From Monocercomonoides exilis PA203 (lineage: Eukaryota > Protista > Preaxostyla), in NCBI GenBank assembly GCA_001643675.2, contig LSRY02000033.1, positions 1 to 64,000 on the forward strand: a stretch of DNA of 64,000 nt, in the 5' to 3' direction. Below, in pieces: positions 36,601-48,499 of this stretch (position 1 is the first letter of the stretch; each line of letters starts with the position of its first letter). A program made the translations under genes and the position numbers. Under the pieces are notes generated by a model. The model saw only the letters and a program-made list of their open reading frames with translations. It was not told the DNA's origin and did not search any database.

Positions 36601-36908
36601 CCAGTTCCATCTCTTCCACCCTTGTCTAATGATCCATCTGCTTGACGCTCCAAACGGCTCTCCAAAATTGCATTCTCTGCAGTCTGCGCAGGCTCCCACA
36701 GGTCTTCTGAACCAAAATGCTTTTCAAATTTGTTCGCGCACCTGCTCTCCTGCCAGTCTCCGATCGCCTTGTTTTCTCCGTTCTCTCTGCTTTCATATCC
36801 TCCAAATAGCCCAGCAATGCACTTATTGCTACCGTCTGGAGCACCCCAGATTTTTTCCTGAAAACACAAAAAAAACACACGCAAACACGCCACCCCCGCA
36901 AAAGACAT
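30639..36908 (-). CDS. ~2089-aa low-complexity protein, possibly EME1/MMS4- or MUS81-like (ERCC4-HhH)
   Basis: Uninterrupted 6.3-kb ORF with first ATG at 36908. SLHELFWRLLVGLPRVGGVRVIAFSEAVATM resembles the first HhH of EME1/MUS81. No ERK catalytic motif was seen. The CDS is confident; the family is tentative. Confidence 0.75.
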   Translation of the reverse strand: MSFAGVACLRVFFLCFQEKIWGAPDGSNKCIAGLFGGYESRENGENKAIGDWQESRCANKFEKHFGSEDLWEPAQTAENAILESRLERQADGSLDKGGRDGTGKWAYGDKTIEEQEDRERFCFEGAEGGRGARVVQTCHIRDGLDDDRKADQKEEREEREENRERIGGMQYNSLLFPEEPPFSSNFVLAFPGPLRVSRGAGIGSRMLKLAGQAEGENGEGVEGAEEESVLLGSSGTEESESAEDAGEEQGIFWVSESAGEEESSWKESEAAGTERESQEDYVHFGRANGLLGQRRGELRQSPLIPQMEQAEGNFGAENKRQRTQGDEREREREGGKMSKNERKAGDRGSSDLIDGTERLEDTHEGEKENEEENEEDEEEKKEKERGRRLERDADWERKSYLREENWKREERRRRKSSSSERKESGSEGKGLSDRDGDGDGDGWSFEGCMKDMLAKCKRGTFVKRLMENREASRNMWKNGERGECELKGERNLREKKKKKTIATAITSKEKKKMKRRKNTGLKVRREEQQKERKKRAKSEGREECEEENWQEESLSEDESEQSCEWDEDYVEEEEEEEEESEDGSGRRACDQRGWKRNCHGRVKTKTKTKTQKTKRRMQKERSSEELEQNSKEAEFGDAIPCAQETTESGKNIQSTEMGSFDEAQQESTFGSASTEKENGKRHSDSQSNLSSASEEGDAQKTGLGAAHLPSESDVRGIEQSAIVFCCKKSCSYSAPSFPANSAKALQTAEKTTSDSGYVSSSSSVSSVSSVSSVSSVSSGFDESCDWTMLASCTSLGGVFKSSIGQDQHHSKVSGDCGAEPAELSRGSGGAGHLDEALFDGVRKLAVLKADLGLRHLASGTGRPEDCHLLQTSQHPILPMPPTLPCAINDASRRWDEDERSRRSRDETARSVAAGIAPVGPCFYMPAPLGSQLQLPAQPSPIGIGRAKRRCSVCRCGMVVSSLYSLPVPVGSALLPLFTLTPAEEYGMKSSYSATNTTQQNSTYHGKKSIAMAPRTIALEHMTQINRRTVPLSFSFPATMRWVNSQPTEFGEGREEHRRALPENGLSSASRLATSEGCFCCSGSLCSCGEQRREQEPLFMAEEDLCHKRSKTVKGFVWFTHCNIKEGAHSKSKKAVETSKYEGKKKRLEADWNKEQNSQKKQKKPNKQRKTDKGNRGVEGKCVCSMAASCNKNVGVTGMCCCRGQEEMRSTGLNEGASLGVAEQISSCSAFPSGLASDLTGESFEGKGVGSFTEGTPYENWNATTVQEWSEEEEEEKTEEGGGWPRHGARKQARLENESWMGIEPSAASTCLSALPSAGLSASLPRKGPKAASTSRKGSAKMRVAEVSPNDERRRSIVFCGDRLNVLLVHSTRQILRTAKVGMLMREYVESAEYAKGEGVSRLERLPFPSEMHDFVYGVDIATLPGDGWGIQQRGKMGDMSDMSDMRKTGDMSKMSKMSEMSEVCEARAVPLMNIPSDVLSLHELFWRLLVGLPRVGGVRVIAFSEAVATMGEVTAWEMMRMCARAWIKSGQLERLRRVEGDDLFVAEDAELKAEWRDEEAEKAEKAEEGREEDGEDDESEMKEEMMKKFREAIGECSEDEELREVKDKLEVLGAIGRRIGKMGKMEEWGEEGSWVQWSNEQVRGAIQQAEKKIMKKLMQMEGVGEGCLTEEEAGSEDGCCLEDAKFPPATRVPLAACDALGFNGEEFTGSFAEDEKAMNLALEAHTLSWDGYVEEQQREQKTAQSFPLQHPSASASLPSAPLLRPLGIPCPFPFPSALPKLKSLTSSSSSSSSSSSSSSSSSSSSSSSSSSSSSASASCCGCLLPQQTDQFLPTGSNAPLCSAGGAVAAGCGSAQAVKDGKLMLEKEFERGCECLAGERAEKKQSGRMCGETVRLTRRLGETREMVPFLLIPPIIVPPMNARGCAEEEAEEETERKAGRGGKRSSERIKGSRRRMINVFFESLRYEQAGKEQRGMGEDKTALAPNMLKMMQMQMKKQKMELEEEEMKNVKGYMKDDQKLMISSVVWIKHQSLLNLVGMRRNGHHKKEEDSDISDKEGSKGSKGRSRRRVWRVYEGRFEWLNWRETDTEE
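34576..34625. repeat. 9-bp coding tandem repeat (GATGAGACA)x~5, encoding SSV repeats
   Basis: Directly visible. A second, degenerate 9-bp array (MSD/MSK/MSE) lies at ~32523-32600 in the same gene. Confidence 0.9.
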
Positions 36909-39463
36909 ATTAAAATACTCCAATCTGCGCCTACGCGCAGCAAAATAAACAGCCTACCGTGTTACGTCTGTCGTCCACAAGCATCGCCAAAAAATGGCAA
37001 ATTTCGTGCAAATTGTGAATTGAAAAATGAAATAATGCCTCACTTCCCCAAATTCAAAAACACCCGCCACCGGTCAAAACCTTCCCCAAACAGCATGGAG
37101 CATGCTGCCAACCCCAAATACACCCTTTCGCCAACCGGCACTTTTCTGACATGTGTTAGTTATGGTGCATGTCAAAAAACTGTTTTTCAAAGTCTGGCCT
37201 TTCTCGCACGCTACTCCACCCCACACTCTCTCCATCGCTCACCTCTAACAAGTGATTTACGGGAAACGAAAAGAAAGGTCGTTTTAACCTCTTTGTCGAC
37301 AACAGCGCAAGCAAAACGTTTGAGCCCAAAACACCTTCATTTCTTATCTGTGCTGATGTCGAACAAACTCATCTCACACAAATCCATTGTGGAAACGCAA
37401 GTTTTTTCATTTGCTCCACGTGCGCGAATGACATGAAATTTCCGGCTTTCGAGTTTTGGTTTTGTTCATCAAGTCACAGATGATTCCCTTTCAAACTTCG
37501 TCTCCTCTGCTCGAAGGATTCGCGGCATGCACAAAAATGTTGCATAAACGTGCGGTCAATCAAATGAGAAAGAGTGATTTCTCGGGAGCCCCAATTTCAC
37601 TTCCTCGGACGATTTTTGTTCTTTGAAGGCGAAGTGCATTCTGAAGCGTGAATCTCGAGTTGACTACAACTGCACAGCAAAACACAGACATTTTCCTGCA
37701 AAGCATGTGGAGGTTGACGTGGAATGAAACGGAAAGTGGAGTTGGCATTTGGGCATCACAAGCAAGCTCAATCTGCAGCCAAACAGCCTATTTCAGCGTC
37801 TGTCTCACACGACTTGTGAGCAATTCCACACGCCCTGGCACTTGGAAGAGGGCAATCTGTCTTCGTTCTGCAGAAGATGTTTTTTGCCGTGAAGGAAAGC
37901 GTGCGTGCGAGGCGTTTTGTGGATGCTGCTTGCGAGCTTTGGAAGAACCCTTTTGTTGTTAGTCCGCGCTGTTTTCCTGCTTCCTCGATTGACAATGAAC
38001 GAAACGTGGAGGCGAATGAACACACATTCAGATTATCCTGAACCTTCCCATTTGTTTGCGTCCTTGTCTTTGCCACGCTTTGCGCAAGTTCAGGAGAGAT
38101 GCCACACAAGCGAAGGACCAAGTGATTTGAAGAAATCCTTTCATTTTATTATTATATCGAAGGAAATGATGTGTAGCTCGTATCACTGGTCTACAAATTT
38201 TTGCAGGATGCAGCAGACTGTTGAAGCAATTCCATTATTTTGATTTCTGTCTGTGCCTCTGGCGCAGCTCCTGCTGAACTTCTGGCCTGGCGCAGCGACA
38301 GTTTTGAGCGAAGCTCATGGATTTGATGGGTCACTACGAAAGAATGAACGATGGCACAAACAGGAAGGACACTTCTAGACTTGCGCGCTGTATACAAAAA
38401 TCGTGTCAATTTCGAACTTCCGAATTATGCGTTTGTTTTAACAGTCCCCTCATCTTTTCTGTTCCGTGTTTGGGATTGCTCAGCTGCGCTGTGTTGGCCA
38501 GCACCAGCACGGGAAAAATGGTCAGGATGCAAATGGAATTCTGTTTTTTGAGGAAAAAATTAATTTTTGAATTTTCTGTTTGTCTAATTTTTTGTGAGAA
38601 AAATAGAGTAAAAATTAAGGCTTTTGTGGAGGATAGTATTTTTATTGCATTGAAAGGACGAGTTATTTTTTTTATTTTTAATTTTTTTTATTATTTTTTT
38701 GAATATCAAGAATTTAATATTTTTTTTACGGAAACATCAAAAATTTCGAATAATTTACTTTTATTAAAATTAAAAATGTGAATTATTAGTTATTATTAAT
38801 CGAAGCACAATATATAATTATAAAAGGGGGAAAAATTCATTGATTTGGATAAAGATAGTTCAACATTTTAATATGATTTGAATATCTTAATGAGGAAATC
38901 GAAACTGTTAGGAAGAAAATATTTCTGAAAAAACAAATTGTTTCAAATCGAATAAATTTTATTTGATGTTCATAAATGAGAAACACTTTTTTTTATCATT
39001 TCTAAGGATATGTGTATAATTTTTTCAAAACTTAATAACAACTTTTTTCCTTCACATCTCTTTAAGTCTTTAAACTTTCTGATTAATTTTTTCCATTTGA
39101 TCTTTTTTATTGGACTGTGAATGAATAAGCTTGGATATTTCAATTTTGAAATATTTCACTTCACTGTCTGTTGCCAAGCTTCATTCTTCTTTAATTGAAA
39201 TTTTTTCCTTGCAAAAAAATTATCTATAATGTTTGTTAATTGTCTCTCGAAATACATCTGATGAACGAAATAATTTTCGGATACAGACAAAAAAAATTAA
39301 GCGATATTTGTTTGGAGAATATTTGCTTTTGCACACAATAAAAGTTCTGTCAATTGTAGTATTGAGTTATTTTTGGTCAGAACACTTGAGTCTTTCTTTG
39401 TTTCGATGAAAAGTGTATTTTATTTGTGAAACATGCGAAATATTCAAACGTTTATTCGTTGAT

Positions 39464-39464
<1 letters not shown>

Positions 39465-39504
<40 letters not shown>
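39465..39504. repeat. Poly(A) run, 40 nt
   Basis: Directly visible. Confidence 0.95.
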
Positions 39505-39507
<3 letters not shown>

Positions 39508-39544
39508 ATTTATTTTTGTTTTTGTTTTCTTTTTCTTTCTTTCT

Positions 39545-41395
39545 TTCCTTCTTTCTTTCAAGTCAATTTGAGGGAAAAAACTGTCTTTCAAGCATTTTTT
39601 GCACAAGACATTGATAAATTGCTTTTCTCATAACTTTGTTTCGCTTTCTCAGAATTAAAATATAAATTAAACCTTCATATCCGTAAACATGTATCATTGA
39701 AATCAAAACATTAAGCATTGTGACATTTCACGAATGTTAAAAAATGGAGCAATTTTTATTGTGTTTTTTGATTTCAAAATGTCAATGAAAAGTGTGTAAT
39801 TTTTCAATGAAAATGTTTGAAGCAAAATATTTTGAACCATTTCATGTAATATTTTGATTGCTGAAGTGTGGGAAATAAATGGTGCGTCTGAAAGAAAGTG
39901 AATCGCGACCTCTGTTCTGGTTTTTAATGTTTTAAAGGAGGTATCCTAATATACACCATCCTCTGTAATTCTTGACTGTGACATGTCCACCCTTTCCAAT
40001 TCAGTGAACCTGCAGGCCGAGAAAAGCATTGAAAGAGTTATAACTTTCTGTTTAAGTGTTTTGATAGTTAGATCGATATTTGGTCCCAGTTCATTTTAGT
40101 ATTTTAGCAGTGTTTTTGAATTCCATATCTCAGGCGCTGTCTTCTTCCTTGCAGTGTCTGTCCTTCTGAACTACCGGAAAAGTGTTCTTATTATTGGGAT
40201 CTCACCCAAGGCTGTGTTGAATGCGATCGATGAGAAAAAGGAAACCGCTGCTCTGATCATCTGGAGCACAGACACTTTCACCCCTTTATTCTTAAAGGAT
40301 AAAAACATGTCTGCACAATATGCCGTCCTCTCTAGTGAGTTGTCTGGCATTTCTATGTGTGCTAATATTTTCCATTGTTCAGAAAAACGTGCAAATCCGA
40401 AAATGTATCCATCCCACGTGGATTGTTCAACTCCAAGCCTGCATTGCTCTCCAAGCTCTTCTGAAATCTTTCTTTCCTTAAAGGCTTGTTTCTACCACTG
40501 TTGACCTTTTCTTTAAAGCGCTTCAGAAGAATAAATCCAAGCTTCCCAGGAAAAAGACATGCTCATGTCTTCTTCATTGATGGTACTTCCTTCAACTCCT
40601 TGAAGTTGAAATCCAGCTCCCAACTGTAGAAGTTGCTTTCGCGTGAAAGAACTTCCCAGTTCCAGCCTTTCCAGTTCGGCAGAAGTTGAACAACTTGAGC
40701 TCTCTCCTGCTGTGCTTTCCGAATCACAATCGGAATCAGCGGAATCGGAGGATGAACAAGAAAACATTCCTGACTCCATAAAATTGTCAGTCTGTCTTCG
40801 GATATGGGGCTTCCGATGCTGCTCCATCTTTCCATTATATGATTTTGAAGAGCTGCAAACGCGTCGAGAGTCGGTTTGACTTTGGTGAGCGATGTAACTT
40901 TTTTGAAGGTTTTTTCTTTTATGGTGTAGTCCCCTGCTCTTTCGAGTCGAGATAATGAGTCTGCTCTGTTGTTCCGTGCCCCTGGAAGATGTTGTGCTTT
41001 CATCTGCACCTTCTTTGCTTCTTTCCACTTCCATATCTTGTTAAGGACAGGCCTGAGTGTCTTTTCAGCATTCCATCTGTTGACATTGAAGACAACAGAG
41101 CTGTTGTCAGATCTCAATTGAAGTCGAGATATTTTGTTGGTTTTGATAATTTGAAAAAAATGGAGGATTTCCAATATCTCATCCAACTGTTCCCTGTGGA
41201 TTGATGATTTGTTGTGAACATTCTGCGAAACTTTGCACGCCAGTCCAGAATCATGTTGTTAACTCTGAGAGTTGCTCCCCAAGCATGTTCTGAAGAGACT
41301 GTTGTTAGCACCAATTGGGGAATAAACGTTGGCTGCAGAGATCTTTGCCTGTTCATATTTAGAATCCATTTCCGTTCAAACACTCCCTTTTGAAC
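39545..41395 (-). mobile_element. DIRS-type tyrosine-recombinase retrotransposon remnant (RNase H + N6-adenine methyltransferase-like + YR)
   Basis: RNase H motifs: LTT(V)SSEHAWGA, SSIHREQL, LRSDNSSVV, HLPGARNNRADSLSR. MT-like motifs: PTLDAFA..N, HPPIPLI, LPNWKG.NW. An adjacent-frame YR (~40540-39545) has STWDGY, IRAAVS, EIWN, and KVITLSMLFSACRFTEL. There are several stops and a frameshift. RT and the YR C-terminus are absent. Confidence 0.88.
39570..39838. mobile_element. 269-bp non-autonomous element (MITE family A, copy 1), 4-bp ATTT TSD
   Basis: Reverse-complement match to 52673-52941 (18 differences, no gaps). ATTT occurs at 39566-39569 and 39839-39842. Removing the element restores YR reading SAIKILHEIDLKE. 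Confidence 0.92.
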
Positions 41396-42799
41396 ATAGT
41401 AATTCCTTTTCATTTTCATACTCCATTCCATCATGTTCATATTTTTCATAAAAAAATATATAAGCATTGTTTCAATCAAAAAGAATAATCTTTCCTTTCA
41501 AAAATGACAAAATTTGTCTTTCTTTTCAGTTAAGCCTATAACATTAAAATTTTCTGTCAGTTATGATTCTAAAATTAAATTGAAAATTTGGAAAGCAATG
41601 AGATAAGAAGCTCTCTGTTTGCTTTCTGAATCCGATTATTCCTCTGTTTCCCATTTGAAGAGAGAATGGAATTTCTTCCACATCAGTTAATGATGATTCA
41701 ATTATTTCGAAAACTTCAAATTTCAAACAAAAAGAATCAAATATTTGATAAGTAATTAAAAGAATTTATTTTCAAACATTAATTTATAAAACTATCTTTT
41801 CATCATTTTTATTTCTCAATCTATTTTTTCTCGAACAAATTTTCAAATATCATTCTTTAAAATACTCTTTCCATTTATTAGAAATTTAATCCACAATTAA
41901 TTGAAAATATAATATTTACTCATTAAATTCCAATTCTTGAAAAATTTCAAAAATCTGATCAACTTGTTTAAATTCATAATAGTTATTCTTTTAAAAAACA
42001 TATATCTTTTTTTTCCATACATACAAATTTCAAATTATCTTTCGAAAATTCAAAAAAATGGTAATTTTAAATCTCTAATCTTAAATACAATTATATTTCT
42101 TTCAGGTTTAAATAAATAAAATTCATTTTAAAAACATAATTTATATTTGTTTTATATCAAATGAAAATCTCACATTCAAATGGATATGTTAAATTCTAGA
42201 TATAATAATTTCTAATTGTTCAATGAATAATTTAAAAATCTAGTATTTTTATAACATAATTAGTTAATTTGTTTCGTAAATGATAATTCAATATTATTTT
42301 TTATTGTGAATTGTTTTGTTAGCAACGTTTTTTGACAAAATTATGTATTTGTATTTTAATATGGATTTCAAAAAAGGCGTGTTTATTATTAAAGTTGTAT
42401 AGTTGGATAAATAATACTCATTAATTATTTTGTGAATATAAATTAAAGGGAAAAAATTTTTTTGATGAATTTTGGTTTAAAGATGAGAAACTTTTTTGTG
42501 AAAATTTGTGAATTGAATGAAAAAATTTTGTAATTTTTTCAAAGGAATCTTTTATAAATATGAAAAAATTTCAGAAGTTTCCAATTGTGACAAATTATAC
42601 ATATTTTATGAAAATGATAGATAATTGAATAAACTGTGAGTTGTAAAAATCGAATTGTTGAAATTATTATTTTTATAGATTTTTTGAAAAAAATATTGCT
42701 AAAGTCATTATGAGATTCATGAATCGAATTTTAATGTATTTTCTTAACTGTCAATTTTGAATTCATATAAGTGAAAACAAAGTTTAGGGAAAAATTTGA

Positions 42800-43668
42800 A
42801 CTTTCAGTAAGTTTCTGAAGCGATAGAACAATAAAAATCAGTTGACTATTGAATAGCTTTCAAAATACGGATTAATTAGAAAAAATAGGAAATGTTGGAA
42901 ATGTGACAGAATGATGGAGCTTAAACTGATCAAAAAAGATAGCGATTACTATACACATAGATGTTCAAAATGTGGAAAAAACAACAGCAGGAATCAAAAC
43001 TCAATTTTTTTGGAATTTCATCTTTCACCATTCAAACTTACATCATTGTTGAATCATTTTTTGTTCAAACACCCAACAAAGGAAGTTACATTTGAAACAA
43101 AAATTCCAAACAAAACTATTGTGAAATTATTTGAAAAGTTGAGAAGAATATGTTGTTATTTTGAAACATTCGAAATGGAGAAAATCGGTAAAGATAGAAT
43201 TGTGGAAATTGATGAAACATTAATTCATAAAAGAAAAAATGGTGTTGGAAGAAGCATGGAACAGCAATGGTTGTGGGGGGTCATTGAGAGAAAAGAAATA
43301 GGGAAACCACAAAAACTAATTCTAGAATTTCTTCCTGATAGAAAAGCAGACACAATTTTTTATTTCGTCAAAAAAAACATTGAAAGATCATCAACCATAA
43401 TGTCCGATAAGTGGTCAGCGTACAATCGCATAAGTGAAAATGGATTCACAATAGAGAGCGTTAATCATTCTCTTAATTTTGTCAAACCTGAAAATCCAAA
43501 TGTTTACACACAAACTATTGAAAGCATATGGTCCCATCTGAAAAGCCACATTCCGAAAAGAGGAAGAACATATTTAAAAACAAAGGAATATGTTTACGAG
43601 TTTCAATTTTGATATAACAATCGACTAACTCCAATCTCATTCATGAAACAATTATCAAAGATTGATTA
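42800..43668 (+). mobile_element. Merlin / IS1595-family DDE transposase, lightly decayed
   Basis: Zn ribbon CWKC..CSKC, VEIDET..HKRK..GR..QWLWG.IER, IMSDKWSAY, VNHS.NFV.P, YTQTIESIWSHLK, and YVYEFQF(*)Y. Premature stops at ~42854 and 43610-43612. TIRs were not located. Confidence 0.9.
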
Positions 43669-44580
43669 AAAAATTTGGAAATTTTTCTTCGTGCTTACAA
43701 CGATAGTGCTGCAAATATGAATAGTGTTTTGAATTAAGAAAGGAAATTCGAATTTTCATCTTATTATTTGAAAAAAGAGGAATTAAGAAAAAGAAACAGC
43801 TGTGAAATGTGTGATGAAAATGAACTTGATGAAGTGTTGAATATTTTAAATCAGCAAAAATTATTAAATGAATTTAAAAAATATGAAAATTTTCGAAGAA
43901 ACTTAATTGATGTCAAAGAAGATGAAAAAGAATCAGATGAATTCAAGTGAACGAATGATGAATATTGAAATGAATTCTATGTTGATAAAGAAAAAAATGG
44001 AAAAAAAAAATTATAGAATTTGTTCAAGAAATAAAAACAATTCGAAAAAAAAGAAATGAAAGAAATTAATCAAACAATGGAAGATTTGAAAAAATCATTG
44101 AGAATCAACAGATTGAAACTTTAATTCTTGAAACAAAAAAGTTTTGTGAAAAAAAGGAAACAAAAATTGAGGAGATAAAGATAAAAGAAAAAGAAAAGAA
44201 ACAAGAAATTGAAAAGAAGCCAATACTCAGAAGCTTCATCAAATCAAAAGATATTGGAACTGAACAGTCTCCGATAAGTTTTTGAATTTTTATTTCACAA
44301 CACCATTTATTTCATGTCTTAATTTTTTTTTAAAAGTTCCTTTTTTATAATTTTCAAATAAAATAAAAAATCATATTTACATCAATTTTCTGTTCTCACT
44401 CAATAAACTTCACTATTATGGATATCTTAACCTTAACAATGTTTATTTTTTCCATTTCAGTAAAATTTTGTGAGTTGGAACAGAAATGTGATCGAAATAT
44501 GAAATTTTTATCTTATTTGAATTTTAATCAAAAGGAACTTTACAAAAAAATTTTTGACATGTACTTAAAAATAGTTTTTT

Positions 44581-44581
<1 letters not shown>

Positions 44582-44623
<42 letters not shown>
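44582..44623. repeat. Poly(A) run, 42 nt
   Basis: Directly visible. Confidence 0.95.
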
Positions 44624-44625
<2 letters not shown>

Positions 44626-44653
44626 TAAGAAATAATTCATTTCAAACATAAAT

Positions 44654-46960
<2,307 letters not shown>

Positions 46961-47189
46961 TCTTTTTAACAAATTTTTTCCATATTTTCAATACGATTTT
47001 TATGATGATGGCTGATAATTTGATGAATAGAGTTAAATTTTCTATATTATCTTTATTTTTGTCGTATATTTGTTCTTTTATCTTTTTTTTCAACAAATAA
47101 TTCGTTTTAATTATCGAAGAAGAATTTTATTGTTGGTCTGTCTCATGTGATGTGAATATTTCTGCAATATTTTAATTGTTGTGGTTGTG

Positions 47190-47848
47190 AGTGATGTTTG
47201 GCATAAGTTAAGTTATCATGCATGTGAGATCTTCATCAACTGCACAATCAACACAAGCAGGGCTTTCTGCCAAATGATTGAATGAAGTCTGAGGATCGAT
47301 GGAAGTTGACGGTGCTTTTGCTCTATTTGCTAAGAATATTTTTGTTGAAAAAGTGAAAATTATTCAACATGTGTTAATAAATATTTTAGAGAATAATTTC
47401 ACAATGTTATTAACATATGTGCATAATGATAAAAAACTGAATACGTTTATTCCTTCTTCTTCCGTTCTTGCAATTCGATGAACTGTGGTACAACAGCCAG
47501 CTTTCAATACTTTCATGTTGTTCATCTGCTTTTTGAAGAGAAACATATTCAAAATCAAACGTTTGTTTCAAATCATCTTTTGTCAAATAAAAAACTTTGC
47601 ATGCCTTTTTTGCTGAAGCTTTCCTTACGGTTTTGTTGGATTTCAGGTAAGTTTTGTTATTTGCTTATCTCGCGAGAGTAATAATACTCCCCGCGAGTCA
47701 GGACGAAGCCGTGGCTTGTCAGTTCGCCAAAAGAAAAATCCAAAGAAAGTGATCCTAATAAGCCATTTTTCTCTTTGAAATTCCAAGAGTTGCACAGCAC
47801 AGCTTGCTTTTTGAGAGTGCTTTGGATTTTCTCTAAATTGAAAACCAT
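47190..47848 (-). pseudogene. Decayed ORF of unknown product upstream of the Sola-like transposase
   Basis: Minus-strand fragments 47657..47848 and 47364..47558 have coding-like composition with stops between them. Confidence 0.35.
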
Positions 47849-48499
47849 TTCATTTAAATATGCATAAATATTAATATTAAAAATTAAAGAAAAAAATTCA
47901 AATTAAAAACAAATAGAAAAAATACTTTGAAAGAAAGCTTCAGCAGCTTCCCGGAATGGTTAACCTTTATTGTGATGCAGCACTGAGTGCATAAAACACC
48001 CTTCCGGGTTTTCCGGTGATAACGAATTCAAAAATTCAGATTTTTTGGTTCCATACCGACTCTTTGTCGCACGGGAACTGGAAAAATTCAAAAAGTTATC
48101 TTCTTTTTTATTCGTTCAACTGATAAAGGGAAAACTGAAAAAATGAAAAGTTCTCAAAAACAGAAGTTTGATATGAACTTCTTAAATTAACAATAAATTT
48201 GATGTGAAGATTGTTTTTTTAACACTTCATTGAGGGTTAAAGGATTTGAAAATGCGTTGTTGGAAAAAAGATGAGATGAAGAAAATGCAAACATTAAAAA
48301 ACTGAAAGAATGGATTTGACGCGCATTTGGCATGCATATTTTCAAACAAAAAAAAAAAAAGAATTGAAAATACAACGTATTGACCCACGTATATAAATGA
48401 AATGAAGATAGAAGAGAAGAGGAAAGACATTTTTATGTGCAAGCGTGGAGAGGAATTCATTAAAAAAATTTGAATTGAAATTAGATAAAAATTCAGGAG

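Noticed and set aside
13799-36908. Genome-wide TAA/TAG=Gln code
   Set aside because: ORFs of 1100-2400 codons with many Gln use only CAA/CAG, and genes end cleanly in TAA (28754, 30639). TAR interruptions occur only in regions with other lesions.
39465-44623. Poly(A) runs as retroposon tails
   Set aside because: No flanking TSD or shared upstream body was found for either run.
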